DNA of 64,000 nt from Desulfovermiculus sp. (GCA_034521385.1 JAXHMO010000022.1:61112-125111), one strand, 5' to 3'; positions 28,096-38,065 are shown, counted from the first letter of the stretch. The notes: a model not told the origin generated them from the sequence alone. Made by a program: numbers and translations.

Positions 28096-29418
28096 ATGAG
28101 CACCCTTCCCCTGGTGGCCTTAATCGGCCGGACCAATGTGGGTAAATCCACTCTCTTCAACCGGCTGCTGCGGCAAAACAAGGCCTTGACCCACGACCGG
28201 CCGGGGGTGACCCGGGACCGTATCTACGGTCAGGTGCAGGAAAGCCGGGGAGGATTCGCCCTGGTGGATACTGGAGGCTTAGAGCCTGAGGCAGAGGGCG
28301 ATCTGCAGACCACCATTATGGAACAGGCCAAGGAGGCCATTTACGAGGCCCACCTCATTCTCTTGGTCGTAGACGGCAAGTCCGGTCTGTCCCCTATCGA
28401 TCAGCAGTTGACTGCATTGATCCGCAAAAGCCGCAAACCAATGTATCTGGTAGTTAATAAAGTTGACGGCCCGGAACAAGAGGATTCGTGTTTAGGCGAT
28501 TTTCACGCCCTGGGCCTGGATATGGGCGCTGTCTCGGCGGCCCATGGTTTTGGCTGCCCTACCCTGCTGCAGGTGATCCAGGAACGATTGCCCGCCTTGG
28601 AAGAAGGTGACCCCCCTCCCCAGGTGCATCCGGATTTGAGTCTGGCCCTTTTAGGTCGGCCCAATGTGGGGAAGTCGTCCGTGATCAATACCCTGGTGGG
28701 GGATAAGAGACTCATTGTCAGTCCCGAGGCCGGGACTACCAGGGACAGTGTGGATGTGGTCCTGGACAGGGAAGGGAGCAGATATTTGTTTGTGGACACG
28801 GCCGGGGTGCGTCGCAAGAGCCGTATCCACGATTCTCTGGAACGTTTTAGTGTCCTGCGGGCCTTAAAGAGCAGCAAACGGGCCCAAGTGACCGTTTTGG
28901 TCGTTGATGGCACCCAACCCTTGAGTGCCCAGGACAAGAAACTGCTGGCCTTTTTGGACCAAGAAAAGACCCCGTTGATCGTGGCCCTGAATAAGATCGA
29001 TCTCATCCCCAGGCCCAAGCGACCCAAAGTCAAGGCTTATTTTGAGCAGGAACTCCGCTTTTGCCCTCATGTCCCGGTGATTTCTACCTCCAGCGTGACC
29101 CGGGCCGGATTGGGTGGGCTGTTGCCCCTGGCTGAAAAATTGTGGATTGAATGCGGGCATCGGGTAGCCACTGGTGAGTTGAACCGGGTCCTGCAGGAGG
29201 TGACCGCCAGGCATCAACCGCCGGTGGTCAAGGGACGTCGAGCCAAATTCTACTACCTGACCCAAGCCGAAACCATGCCGCCCACGTTTGTTTTTTTCAT
29301 GAATGATACGTCTCTCTTGAAAGATAATTATTCGAAGTATTTGGAAAAACAAATTCGCAAACGCTTCGGGCTGAATATGACCCCGGTCAGCCTCGTTTTT
29401 CGAACCAGCCAGGGGTAG
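28096..29418 (+). CDS. der: Ribosome biogenesis GTPase Der (EngA)
   Basis: Two G domains (GRTNVGKSTLFN, GRPNVGKSSVIN) and a KH-like C-terminus. Confidence 0.95.
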   Translation: MSTLPLVALIGRTNVGKSTLFNRLLRQNKALTHDRPGVTRDRIYGQVQESRGGFALVDTGGLEPEAEGDLQTTIMEQAKEAIYEAHLILLVVDGKSGLSPIDQQLTALIRKSRKPMYLVVNKVDGPEQEDSCLGDFHALGLDMGAVSAAHGFGCPTLLQVIQERLPALEEGDPPPQVHPDLSLALLGRPNVGKSSVINTLVGDKRLIVSPEAGTTRDSVDVVLDREGSRYLFVDTAGVRRKSRIHDSLERFSVLRALKSSKRAQVTVLVVDGTQPLSAQDKKLLAFLDQEKTPLIVALNKIDLIPRPKRPKVKAYFEQELRFCPHVPVISTSSVTRAGLGGLLPLAEKLWIECGHRVATGELNRVLQEVTARHQPPVVKGRRAKFYYLTQAETMPPTFVFFMNDTSLLKDNYSKYLEKQIRKRFGLNMTPVSLVFRTSQG

Positions 29419-29437
29419 CAGGGGAGAGAGATCAGAA

Positions 29438-29712
29438 GTCAGCCCCGCCTCTGGCGGTGGCCGCCAGTTTGATCCAGTATGAAACTGGCAAAGAAGGCAG
29501 GGCCCGGCACTCACTTCCATTGGAAAAGTCACTGCCATGAATAAACGTCCAAGCTAAAAGTGAGTGCCGGGCCCGCCCTACTGGAAAAGCCCGGCTCGCG
29601 TGTAGGCCGCCCTTGCCCCCCAGGGCTGGCCCTCTTCGGAGTAAATTCTAGTTTCATTCGAGAGAACAGAGGGCGGTAGCCGGTGGCCAATAGCCGGAGG
29701 CAAGGCTGATAT
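29438..29712 (+). repeat. Mosaic repeat block A'-D-E(full inverted pair)-GC-rich unit-inverted D/B relics
   Basis: 17-bp perfect inverted repeat, GGGCCCGGCACTCACTT (29500-29516) and AAGTGAGTGCCGGGCCC (29558-29574). D hairpin GCCAGTTT..AAACTGGC. Confidence 0.8.
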
Positions 29713-29748
29713 ATAAACCCAATTCTGGTAAAAGAAGGAGTACGTTGC

Positions 29749-30675
29749 ATGGTTCAAAAGACCCAACAGATATGGTTCAACGGTCGGCTTGTCCCCTGGG
29801 AGGAAGCAAACGTCCATGTCCTGACCCATACCTTACATTACGGAACCGGGGTCTTTGAGGGCATCCGCTGCTATCAGTGTTCAGACGGTACATCGGCGGT
29901 TTTCCGCCTGGAGGAACATGTGGACCGTTTCTTCGATTCCGCTCGGGTGGTGCAGCTGGATATCCCTTTTACTCGAGAGGAGATCAGTCAGGCCATTCTG
30001 GATACCTTGCGGGTCAACGGGTTGCGGGAGGGGTATATCCGTCCCCTGGCTTTTATAGGCGACGGGGCCATGGGCGTCTATCCCGGGGATAACCCCGTTC
30101 ATGTGATTATCGCGGTCTGGCCTTGGGGGGCCTATTTAGGGGACGAAGCCCTGCAAAAAGGTATCACCGTCAAGACTTCCAGTTTTACCCGCCATCATGT
30201 GAACATCATGATGACCAAAGCCAAGGTCTGCGGCAATTATGTCAATTCCGTGCTGGCCAAACGGGAGGCCTTGGCCGACGGGTACGACGAGTCTTTGCTC
30301 TTGGATGTGGACGGTTATGTGGCCGAGGCCTCTGGAGAGAATATATTCATCGTCAAAAAGAGCATTTTGAAGACCCCGCCCCTAGGGCCGGTCCTGCCTG
30401 GAATAACCCGGGACTGTTTGATCACTTTGGCCCAAGACATGGGCTATAGCGTCAAAGAGCAGCGGTTCACCCGGGATGAAGTGTATACCGCTGACGAGGC
30501 CTTTTTCACCGGCACGGCGGCCGAACTCACGCCCATCCGGGAGCTGGACCGGCGCAAGATCGGAGCCGGGGAGGCGGGAGCGGTGACCAAGCTCTTACAA
30601 CAGGAATTTTTCCGGGTAGTACACGGGGACAACTTGAAATACGCCGGATGGCTGGCTCATTTTGAACTCAAATAG
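29749..30675 (+). CDS. ilvE: Branched-chain amino acid aminotransferase
   Basis: Class IV aminotransferase. [27 protein letters not shown] upstream. Confidence 0.92.
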   Translation: MVQKTQQIWFNGRLVPWEEANVHVLTHTLHYGTGVFEGIRCYQCSDGTSAVFRLEEHVDRFFDSARVVQLDIPFTREEISQAILDTLRVNGLREGYIRPLAFIGDGAMGVYPGDNPVHVIIAVWPWGAYLGDEALQKGITVKTSSFTRHHVNIMMTKAKVCGNYVNSVLAKREALADGYDESLLLDVDGYVAEASGENIFIVKKSILKTPPLGPVLPGITRDCLITLAQDMGYSVKEQRFTRDEVYTADEAFFTGTAAELTPIRELDRRKIGAGEAGAVTKLLQQEFFRVVHGDNLKYAGWLAHFELK

Positions 30676-30698
30676 CTTAAAAGCGGCAGTACCCATTT

Positions 30699-32339
30699 AT
30701 GGCCCATACCCACTTAACAGCAGCCTATCGCCCCCAGCTCTTCGCCCAAGTCATCGGTCAAGAGGCGGTGACCCGAATCTTGTCCCGGGCTGCGGCCGAA
30801 AACAAGGTGGCTCCGGCCTATATGTTCAGCGGCACCCGGGGGGTGGGTAAGACCACAGTGGCTCGTATCCTGGCCAAGGCCATCAATTGCAGCCAGGGTC
30901 CGGGGGCTGAACCGTGCAATGCCTGTGAATTTTGCCGCCAAATCACCCAGGGGACCAGTCTTGATGTGGTCGAGATCGACGGGGCATCCCACACCGGGGT
31001 GGATCATGTCCGCAAACTGACCGAGGATGTGAGCTATGCCCCCCTGCACTGCCGATACAAAGTGGTGATCATCGATGAGGCCCACCAGCTTTCCCGGTCC
31101 GCCTTCAACGCCCTGCTTAAAACCTTGGAGGAACCACCCGGGCATGTGAGCTTCATTCTGGCCACCACTGAGCCGCACAAGTTTCCGGCCACCATCGTCA
31201 GCCGGTGCCAGCACTATGTGTTTAAAAGGGTGGAACAGCAGATCCTGGAGAGCCATATGGCCTGGGTGCTTGATGAACAGGGCGTTGGTTACCAGCCCAG
31301 CGCCCTGCGTATTCTGGCCCGGAAAGGGGCGGGCAGCGTCCGGGATTGTCTTTCCCTCCTGGGGCAGGTGTTGGCCTTGGGTGAGACTGAGATTTCGGCT
31401 CAGGCCGTGCAATCCCTGCTCGGCTTGGCCGGTCAGGAGTTGATGCAGGACTGCGTTCAGGCCCTGGCCCGACAAGACAGCAAGGCCATATTGTATCTGG
31501 TCCGCAATCTCCTGGATCAGGGACTGGATATCGGCTTCTTTCTCCAAGATTTGGGTCTGGTCTGGCGTAACCTCTTCATCCTGAAGCAGACTGGGGAGGA
31601 GGGAATAAGCTTGCTGGAGATGCCTGAGGAGGAGGCCAGAGAGTGGATGGACAAGGCCGGAGAGTTAAGCATCCGGCAGATTCACGCCGCCTGGCAGATG
31701 ACCTTGGAGGGCCAGAAACGGGTGGTGGCCAGCCCGGACCCGGCCCTGGCTTTGGAGCTCATGCTTATGAACCTGGCCTTTTTGCCCCAGCTCATGGGGA
31801 TGGAACAGGACCAAGGCCGACCAGGTTCGGCCTCCGGAAAACAGTCTGGGGGCGGCCAGCAGAACAGTCGGGCAGGCCAGACAAACAGGGTCCAAGAGCC
31901 GCCTGCCTCCCAGAATTCTTCCGATGTGAGATCTGAGGATACCCAATCCAACCGGGATTGGTCAGGTTTTTTACACTTTGTCCGGTCTAGCCAAGACAAG
32001 GTCCTCCCCAATTTGCATATGGTTCAGGGCCGGTTGCACGGGGATAGGTTGGAGCTTTCCTGTCCCGGATATATGACTCAGCGCCTTCAAGATCAGAACA
32101 AGATGGCCTGGCTTAAGGAGCGGGTCCAAGAATATTTCGGATCCTCTCTGCACATCGAGATCTGCCAAATAGGAGGGGGAAATGGTCGGGAGGGGCAGGA
32201 GCTGAAAAAAAAAATCCTGAACCAACCCTCGGTCCAAGAGGCCATTGAGAAGTTTTCGGCCCGGGTAGTGGAGGTGCAGTCTTTGAACCAGGAAGACAGG
32301 GATACGCATGGCAAGGCCTGGTTTGAAACGAGAAGTTAG
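30699..32339 (+). CDS. dnaX: DNA polymerase III subunit gamma/tau
   Basis: GTRGVGKTTVARILAKAINC, a Zn module C..C..C, and the IIDEAHQLS box. Confidence 0.92.
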   Translation: MAHTHLTAAYRPQLFAQVIGQEAVTRILSRAAAENKVAPAYMFSGTRGVGKTTVARILAKAINCSQGPGAEPCNACEFCRQITQGTSLDVVEIDGASHTGVDHVRKLTEDVSYAPLHCRYKVVIIDEAHQLSRSAFNALLKTLEEPPGHVSFILATTEPHKFPATIVSRCQHYVFKRVEQQILESHMAWVLDEQGVGYQPSALRILARKGAGSVRDCLSLLGQVLALGETEISAQAVQSLLGLAGQELMQDCVQALARQDSKAILYLVRNLLDQGLDIGFFLQDLGLVWRNLFILKQTGEEGISLLEMPEEEAREWMDKAGELSIRQIHAAWQMTLEGQKRVVASPDPALALELMLMNLAFLPQLMGMEQDQGRPGSASGKQSGGGQQNSRAGQTNRVQEPPASQNSSDVRSEDTQSNRDWSGFLHFVRSSQDKVLPNLHMVQGRLHGDRLELSCPGYMTQRLQDQNKMAWLKERVQEYFGSSLHIEICQIGGGNGREGQELKKKILNQPSVQEAIEKFSARVVEVQSLNQEDRDTHGKAWFETRS

Positions 32340-32387
32340 CTCATTAAGTACTCTATGGACAACAAACAAAGAAACGAGGTCTGATGT

Positions 32388-32702
32388 ATGGGACTCAATG
32401 ATATCATGCGCCAAGCGCAGGAAATGCAAAAGAAAATGGCTCAGATGCAGGAGGAACTGGCCCATAAAACGGTAGAGGCCAGCGCTGGAGGGGGCATGGT
32501 GACGGTCAAGGCCAGCGGGGCCCTGCAAGTGGTGGAAGTAAGCATCGATCCAGCGGTGGTCGATCCCCAGGATGTAGGCATGCTGCAGGACCTTATTCAT
32601 GCGGCCACCAACGAGGCCCTGAAAAAGGCCAGGGAAATGATGGAAGGAGAAATGTCTCAGCTGACCGGGGGGATGAAGATTCCGGGTCTGGGGTTGATGT
32701 AG
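32388..32702 (+). CDS. ybaB: Nucleoid-associated protein YbaB/EbfC
   Basis: [19 protein letters not shown]... Conserved dnaX-ybaB-recR order. Confidence 0.9.
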   Translation: MGLNDIMRQAQEMQKKMAQMQEELAHKTVEASAGGGMVTVKASGALQVVEVSIDPAVVDPQDVGMLQDLIHAATNEALKKAREMMEGEMSQLTGGMKIPGLGLM

Positions 32703-32703
32703 T

Positions 32704-32757
32704 TCAGCTTTGCCTCCGGCAAATCTGAACTATTTTTGCGCCCAAGCGCGCAAAAAC
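32704..32757 (+). repeat. Mosaic repeat B-C immediately after the ybaB stop
   Basis: B at 32704-32728. C is TTTTTGCGC..GCGCAAAAA followed by CTTTT. Confidence 0.85.
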
Positions 32758-32816
32758 TTTTGGAGATCTTCATAGTCGCAAGGTACGTCTAAAACCTGGG
32801 AGATAAACTCACAAGT

Positions 32817-33425
32817 ATGGAGCGATTGCCGCAGGCCCTGCAAACCCTTGTCGATCAACTGACCGCTTTACCTGGTGTGGGCCGGAAATCCGCCTTGCGC
32901 ATGGGACTGACCTTGCTCAACTGGCCGGAGGAAAAGGCCCGCAGCCTGGGGCAGGCTATCTATGATTTGCGGGCCAACTTATGTTTGTGCAGTCTTTGCC
33001 GCAGCCTGTCCGAGACGGATCCTTGCCCGGTTTGCAGCGATCCGGGCCGGGACGAAGAAGTCCTGTGTGTGGTCGCGGACTGGGATTCCTTGCTGGCCAT
33101 TGATGAGGCCGGATTCTATCGGGGGAAATATTTGGTTCTGGGCGGCTTGCTCTCTCCCCTGGACGGAATTCACTCCGACCAATTGGCATTTGATCTCCTG
33201 CACAGTCGTCTGAGACAGGGTGAGGTCAAGGAAGTCATTCTGGCCCTGGGTACTACTCGGGAGGGAGAGGTCACCGAGTCCTATGTCAGTAATCTGTTGG
33301 GCCGGGATTTCCCGTCTATCCGGGTCAGTCGTCTGGCTCAGGGTATACCGGTGGGTTCTGATCTCAAATACATGGACCGGGAGACCTTAAAGCAATCCAT
33401 GAATTATCGCCAGGCGTTGGGATAG
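32817..33425 (+). CDS. recR: Recombination protein RecR
   Basis: LPGVGRKSALRM HhH, a C4 zinc finger and a Toprim domain. Confidence 0.95.
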   Translation: MERLPQALQTLVDQLTALPGVGRKSALRMGLTLLNWPEEKARSLGQAIYDLRANLCLCSLCRSLSETDPCPVCSDPGRDEEVLCVVADWDSLLAIDEAGFYRGKYLVLGGLLSPLDGIHSDQLAFDLLHSRLRQGEVKEVILALGTTREGEVTESYVSNLLGRDFPSIRVSRLAQGIPVGSDLKYMDRETLKQSMNYRQALG

Positions 33426-33433
33426 AGAAGTAC

Positions 33434-33524
33434 GGTAATTTTGTTCTCGGGTGTAAGGTGCCAGAACACTGAACACAAATTGCTGTTATCCGGATACAGA
33501 GCAAATCAACTGAAATTGTTGACA
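33434..33524 (+). repeat. Mosaic element G-F-H' ending in a TTGACA hexamer
   Basis: Inverted paralog of 43867-44031. The 18-mer AGCAAATCAACTGAAATT (33500-33517) is identical to the reverse complement of 43873-43890. Confidence 0.8.
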
Positions 33525-33547
33525 AGCTTGAATGCCCGCATTACTTT
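33519..33547 (+). promoter_or_regulatory. Putative sigma70-type promoter for tRNA-Leu
   Basis: TTGACA (33519-33524), 17 nt spacer, then TACTTT (33542-33547). The tRNA 5' end is 16 nt downstream. Confidence 0.45.
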
Positions 33548-33563
33548 CCCATTGTTCTGATGT

Positions 33564-33647
33564 GCGAGAGTGGCGGAACTGGTAGACGCACCAGACTTAG
33601 GATCTGGCGGGTTTCCCGTGGGAGTTCGATTCTCCCCTCTCGCACCA
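33564..33647 (+). tRNA. tRNA-Leu (anticodon TAG), 84 nt with encoded CCA
   Basis: Acceptor GCGAGAG/CTCTCGC, anticodon arm CCAGA-CTTAGGA-TCTGG, long variable arm CGGG-TTT-CCCG, T arm GGGAG-TTCGATT-CTCCC. Confidence 0.9.
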
Positions 33648-33770
33648 TATCAATTCTTCAATATGAGCTGAGACCACGTTGAAGCGAACCTGCCGATTTC
33701 CGGTCTTCCTGGACCGGGTCTTTTGCTCATGGTCATCCCCATGTTCATGTTCAGGTCCGAGGAGAAAAAT

Positions 33771-34301
33771 ATGCCAGAAGTCGATATGCACAAGGCCGAA
33801 CTGCTGTCCCCTTTTATCGGTCAGGATTTTTTGACTTGGCTGTGGTTTTGTACGGAATCCGGTCGAGGGGTGTGGACCTTGCCTTCAGGTCAATCGGTGA
33901 TGCTGACCATGACCCAAAGGGTGGCCGTGCAGGGCGGGGAAGGGGAGAGTCGGGATACAGCTACCAGCGCGGGGCCTCATTCCAGGTTGCGGGAGGCCAG
34001 GTTGGGCCTTCGGACTGGGAAAAAGGTGCACCAGGCCAGGATTCAGCTGGAGATGGACGAGAATTCGTGGCAGGTGCAGATCCGGGCTGAAGACTTTGCC
34101 CTGAGTGGGCTTCGGACCCCCAAGGTGGAGCTCAAGGTGGAGGAAGGGGAAGATCCGGATGCCCGGTTTTTGGAAAAGATGTATCTCATAGATACGGGTC
34201 TTAACATCCTGGATTTGGCCTTTTCCAGCTTTGTGGAGATTCGACTGGGTCCGAATTGGCCCCGAGAGGTTAAAGCGGTTCAGGAATGGATCGCTTCCTG
34301 A
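33771..34301 (+). CDS. Hypothetical protein (176 aa)
   Basis: GAGGAG lies 6 nt upstream of the ATG at 33771. Coding-like composition. No family recognised (motif DFLTWLWF). Confidence 0.55.
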   Translation: MPEVDMHKAELLSPFIGQDFLTWLWFCTESGRGVWTLPSGQSVMLTMTQRVAVQGGEGESRDTATSAGPHSRLREARLGLRTGKKVHQARIQLEMDENSWQVQIRAEDFALSGLRTPKVELKVEEGEDPDARFLEKMYLIDTGLNILDLAFSSFVEIRLGPNWPREVKAVQEWIAS

Positions 34302-34307
34302 CGTGAG

Positions 34308-34328
34308 GGTTTCAGGTTCACGGTTCAA
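34308..34328 (+). repeat. Three-unit heptamer run (GGTTTCA GGTTCAC GGTTCAA) between convergent genes
   Basis: Direct reading of the sequence. Confidence 0.6.
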
Positions 34329-34335
34329 AAAGTAT

Positions 34336-34773
34336 TTAGATGGAGTCCTTGTCCGGAGGGGGCATCAAGGGTGCCTTGCGGGCCTTGCGCCGAAACCAGT
34401 TCATGGCCCGGAGGATGCTTTTGCGCCGGGCCAGACCTTGTTCCAGCCTGTACTTGCCCGGGAAATTGGTCATGGTGATCCCGATCAAAATGGTCAATAG
34501 CCCTTGACCGGGCAGAACGAGCATGACCAGGCCGGCCAGAATAAACAGTCCCCCGAACAGATTTTTGAGTACAGTGAGCAGAAAATCAAGCTTGGGACGC
34601 GGGGAGTCCGTGCGAAGGGGGATGCGGGTCTGGGAGGAAAAATAATCTGCTGGCAGCCGGATGATCAGCCAGGGGATGAGTACAAGACTGGCCAGGAAAA
34701 AGAAAACCGAGACCGTGGCCATCCCCCATATCAGGGGCAAAAAGGGATCTATCCATTCCAAGGACATTTGCAT
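34336..34773 (-). CDS. Small membrane protein, PGPGW-domain-like
   Basis: Multiple TM helices, with VLPGQGLLTILIGI resembling the PGPGW motif region. GGAAGG upstream. Confidence 0.6.
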   Translation of the reverse strand: MQMSLEWIDPFLPLIWGMATVSVFFFLASLVLIPWLIIRLPADYFSSQTRIPLRTDSPRPKLDFLLTVLKNLFGGLFILAGLVMLVLPGQGLLTILIGITMTNFPGKYRLEQGLARRKSILRAMNWFRRKARKAPLMPPPDKDSI

Positions 34774-34857
34774 GCAGCCTTCCAGCCTTCTTCATTCCCA
34801 ACCAACTGAACATAAGATGTATGGCCTGGACCATACCTATCTGTATCCAGAAAAGAA

Positions 34858-35553
34858 ATGAGCGATACCCCAAAAGACCATCAGACCTTGACCTGCCGAC
34901 GCTGCGGCACATGCTGCCGCAGCAACCCTCCAGCCTTACATGGGCCGGACAAGAATCTGTATACCACAGCTGCGTTAGCCAAAGCTCACTTGGTGACCTT
35001 TCGGCGGGGTGAATGGGTCCACGACAATGTGCAGGACAAGGTCCTGAGTTTGGACCATGAGATGGTCCGCATCCGTTCCCTGCCGGATTTCCGGACGTGC
35101 ATATTCTACGATCATGGGCAGAGGGCTTGCCGAATTTACGACCGGCGTCCCCTGGAGTGCCGGGCCTTCGCCTGCTGGGATCCAGACGGTCTGCTCCATA
35201 TGTATGCTCAGGATCGGGTGCAACGTCTGGATCTTATTTTCGCTCATTCCGCTTTGGGACATATTATTGCTGAGCATGAGGACATGTGTTCCTGGCCTCA
35301 GGTACAACAGCTTGGGCCTCATGTCCAAGAGGATCCCAACGGCACTCAGGCCGAGGAACTGGCTCGGATCCTGGAGGCGGATCAGACCATGCGCCGGGGA
35401 TTGCGGGAGCGGACCGGGGCCTTGGAGGCGGAACTGGATTTTATCTTCGGCCGGGAGATGACCGCCGTCCTTCCCAGCCTGGGCTTGAAGGTATTCCGAA
35501 ACAGAAATGGATACCGCTTTCAAGGGACAACCAGCGGAACCTGCCAGTTTTGA
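34858..35553 (+). CDS. YkgJ-family cysteine-cluster (CxxCxxCC) protein
   Basis: CRRCGTCCRS motif plus downstream Cys residues. Confidence 0.75.
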   Translation: MSDTPKDHQTLTCRRCGTCCRSNPPALHGPDKNLYTTAALAKAHLVTFRRGEWVHDNVQDKVLSLDHEMVRIRSLPDFRTCIFYDHGQRACRIYDRRPLECRAFACWDPDGLLHMYAQDRVQRLDLIFAHSALGHIIAEHEDMCSWPQVQQLGPHVQEDPNGTQAEELARILEADQTMRRGLRERTGALEAELDFIFGREMTAVLPSLGLKVFRNRNGYRFQGTTSGTCQF

Positions 35554-35646
35554 TAACAAAATGAACCGTTGACCACGCCTTGAAAAGGCATCTTTATTTC
35601 CACTTTCCTGCCACAGGTGGGTCTGTGGCTTTTGCAAGTATGAGGG

Positions 35647-36480
35647 TTATAAAAACAAAAGCAGACTGACGGCCATGACCAGCATGCCCAAGACCAGGCC
35701 GACCATGGCCACATGGTGCTGTCCGTACTCCTCGGCTGTGGGCAAGAGTTCGTCCATGGAGATGTAGACCATGAGTCCGCCCACGCCGGCAAAAAGGATC
35801 CCAAAGGTCAGGTCGTTGAAAAAAGGAAGAAGGAGCAGGTAACCGACACCGGCCCCCACAGGTTCTGCCAATCCGGAAAAAAGGGAAAAGAGAAAGGCTT
35901 TGCTCCGACTGCCTGTGGCGTAGTACAGGGGGACGCTGACAGCGATTCCTTCCGGGATGTTGTGGATGGCGATGGCCACGGCTATGGGCAGTCCCAGGCT
36001 GGGATCCTTGAGGGTGGCCGTGAAAGTGGCCAAGCCTTCGGGAAAATTGTGCAAGGCAATGGCCAAGGCGGTGAAGTGGCCGGTGCGCAGCAGTTTCTGG
36101 TAGGCGATTTGCTGGGATCGGTCGTCCAAGGCGTCGATGCGGTGGGCCTCATGCGGATTCTCGTAAGATGGGACCAGGGCATCAATGACGGCAATAAGGG
36201 CGATCCCGGCGAAAAAAGCCCCCACGGTGAGCCAGCTGCCCAAATGGAGCCCTAAAGGATGGACCAAGGAATCTCTGGCTTTGGGCAAGATCTCCACAAA
36301 GGAGACGTAGATCATGACCCCGGCCGAAAACCCCAAGGCGCCGGCCAGGAATTTGGGATTTGCCCCCCGGGAGAAAAAGGCCAGGGTACTGCCTATCCCA
36401 GTGGCCAGCCCAGCGCCCAAGGTCAGGCTAAAGGCCAGAAGAACCGAGCTATGCTCCATAGGAGGCAAATCTCCAAACAA
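35647..36480 (-). CDS. zupT: ZIP-family zinc transporter ZupT
   Basis: HNFPEGLA and HNIPEGIAV motifs in a polytopic membrane protein. Confidence 0.9.
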   Translation of the reverse strand: MFGDLPPMEHSSVLLAFSLTLGAGLATGIGSTLAFFSRGANPKFLAGALGFSAGVMIYVSFVEILPKARDSLVHPLGLHLGSWLTVGAFFAGIALIAVIDALVPSYENPHEAHRIDALDDRSQQIAYQKLLRTGHFTALAIALHNFPEGLATFTATLKDPSLGLPIAVAIAIHNIPEGIAVSVPLYYATGSRSKAFLFSLFSGLAEPVGAGVGYLLLLPFFNDLTFGILFAGVGGLMVYISMDELLPTAEEYGQHHVAMVGLVLGMLVMAVSLLLFL

Positions 36481-36492
36481 GAGCTGTAGGGC

Positions 36493-37980
36493 CTATTTCT
36501 CGTTCTGCGGGGCCCAGGCGCTTGTCTTCTTTGAGTTGTCCTCCTTGCCGGGTCCGGACGGATTGGTAAACAGGTCGTTCAATTTTTGGATGTATTCTCG
36601 AGCGTCGGCGATGACCGCCTCCAGGACGTTCTGATTAGAGATGCCGAGTCCTGCCGGTTGGGAGCAGAAGATGCTCCTCCACCACCGGATGTTGTGGCCC
36701 AATATTCGATACATGCGGGCTCTTAGCTTGCTGTCCGAGATGGAATTGACTGTTTTGGCAATCAGCCGCTGGCCAATACGTCGACGGACCCAAAAATGTC
36801 CCCAGATCAGGGCGATAATGACCAGGACGCTGACCATCTGCCACCAGGTATTGTCTGCTATTTGAGCCGGAAACCGAGCAAGGCTGCCTAAACCGCTCAG
36901 GCCCTGGAAGTAAAGGCTTCCAGCCCCTAAAAGAATGAGAACTGCAGCCACCAGAACGGCTTCTGTGGTCAGGACTTGTCGACGCCAGGTACGTAAAAAA
37001 GAAATGATTTGCGGGGCGAGGCTGGATTTTAAGTATTGAGCCGATTCTTCCAGCATGCCCACAATCCTGTAGGCCCTCTCTACCCTGACCTCTTCGATTC
37101 TTTTGTTGATTTCGCCCAGATCCCGATCCCTCTTACGTTCAAAGCGGCCCCGAATGGCTTCGTCCGCAATCGGGACGGCTACATCCGGGTTGTAGATGCT
37201 GAAATATTGGCCGGCAGTCAGGCCATGTTCAGCCAGGGCCCGCTGCCAGGCGGCGAAGACCTGCTCTGGGTTGTCCTCTTTGGCCGTGACGTCGATTTGG
37301 TTTAAGATGTACAAGAATTTGTTGGAATCCCTGCGCTTGATGGTGTCTTGGACCAAGTGCTTGAGGGTGTCGCGCATAGAACCGGACTCTGGATGCCGGG
37401 CGTCGAAAAAGACCAGGACCAGATCGGAAAGGTCAATGATCCGGTCGGTGATGCGTAAGGTGGCCGTTCGCTGGGCATCGGCATCAAAGCCCGGAGAATC
37501 GACCAATATTTTCCCCTTGACCTTTTGGCTGGGACAGGTTTTGAGCTGCAGGAAGGAATCCACGTGTTTTCCCTGGCCCGGGGCAGACTTTTCAATGGCT
37601 TGTCCGATGCCGTACAAGGGGAAACGGGGATCAGAGTCCAGGGCCATTCCAGGCAGGACATGCACCGACTCGTCTGGGGCATAGGAAACGACTGTGAATT
37701 TATCGTCCACAGCCTGGTTGCCGGTGGCTTGCAGTGGAAATCCCAAATAAGAGTTAATGAAAGTGGATTTTCCGGAAGAGTAGGTGCCCAAGACGGCTAT
37801 GAGCGGCCACCACGGGGTGCGGGTGGCAAAGGATTCATCATGGTCCAAAAAGCCTGAGCTCTGCCCGATGACGTCGAGCTTGCGAAAACCTTGAACCACC
37901 TCCTGCAGAATTGGGTTCTCCTGTTTGAGATGCTCTTCCAGCCTGTCCAAGCGCTGACCAATCTGAGACACATTGGGCAT
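36493..37980 (-). CDS. Dynamin-family GTPase with C-terminal transmembrane region
   Basis: P-loop GTYSSGKSTFINSYLG and G3 DSPGFD, with hydrophobic helices near residues 330-400. AAGGAGAGGGAG upstream. Confidence 0.8.
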   Translation of the reverse strand: MPNVSQIGQRLDRLEEHLKQENPILQEVVQGFRKLDVIGQSSGFLDHDESFATRTPWWPLIAVLGTYSSGKSTFINSYLGFPLQATGNQAVDDKFTVVSYAPDESVHVLPGMALDSDPRFPLYGIGQAIEKSAPGQGKHVDSFLQLKTCPSQKVKGKILVDSPGFDADAQRTATLRITDRIIDLSDLVLVFFDARHPESGSMRDTLKHLVQDTIKRRDSNKFLYILNQIDVTAKEDNPEQVFAAWQRALAEHGLTAGQYFSIYNPDVAVPIADEAIRGRFERKRDRDLGEINKRIEEVRVERAYRIVGMLEESAQYLKSSLAPQIISFLRTWRRQVLTTEAVLVAAVLILLGAGSLYFQGLSGLGSLARFPAQIADNTWWQMVSVLVIIALIWGHFWVRRRIGQRLIAKTVNSISDSKLRARMYRILGHNIRWWRSIFCSQPAGLGISNQNVLEAVIADAREYIQKLNDLFTNPSGPGKEDNSKKTSAWAPQNEK

Positions 37981-38065
37981 GCTCCCTCTCCTTGCTTAAG
38001 ATGTTGGGGACTCGTTGGGGCTGAACACGTCGAATACCTCGGATATGATCATCGATTGACCGTTG

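Noticed and set aside
30676-30698. Looked for SRP RNA (ffs) upstream of dnaX as in some bacteria. Also looked for RNase P RNA, tmRNA and riboswitch signatures in the larger gaps.
   Set aside because: Only 23 nt separate ilvE and dnaX. No conserved SRP, RNase P or tmRNA motifs are recognisable, and the gaps are fully accounted for by the repeat modules.
32205-32214. A10 run in dnaX as a programmed -1 frameshift site producing a gamma subunit
   Set aside because: It lies about 40 codons from the C-terminus, so slippage would remove only a short tail, not domains IV-V as for E. coli gamma. There is no downstream stimulatory hairpin.
33564-35600. Genomic island integrated at tRNA-Leu (also considered for tRNA-Gly)
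   Set aside because: There is no integrase, no direct repeat of the tRNA 3' end and no composition shift. The downstream genes look native.
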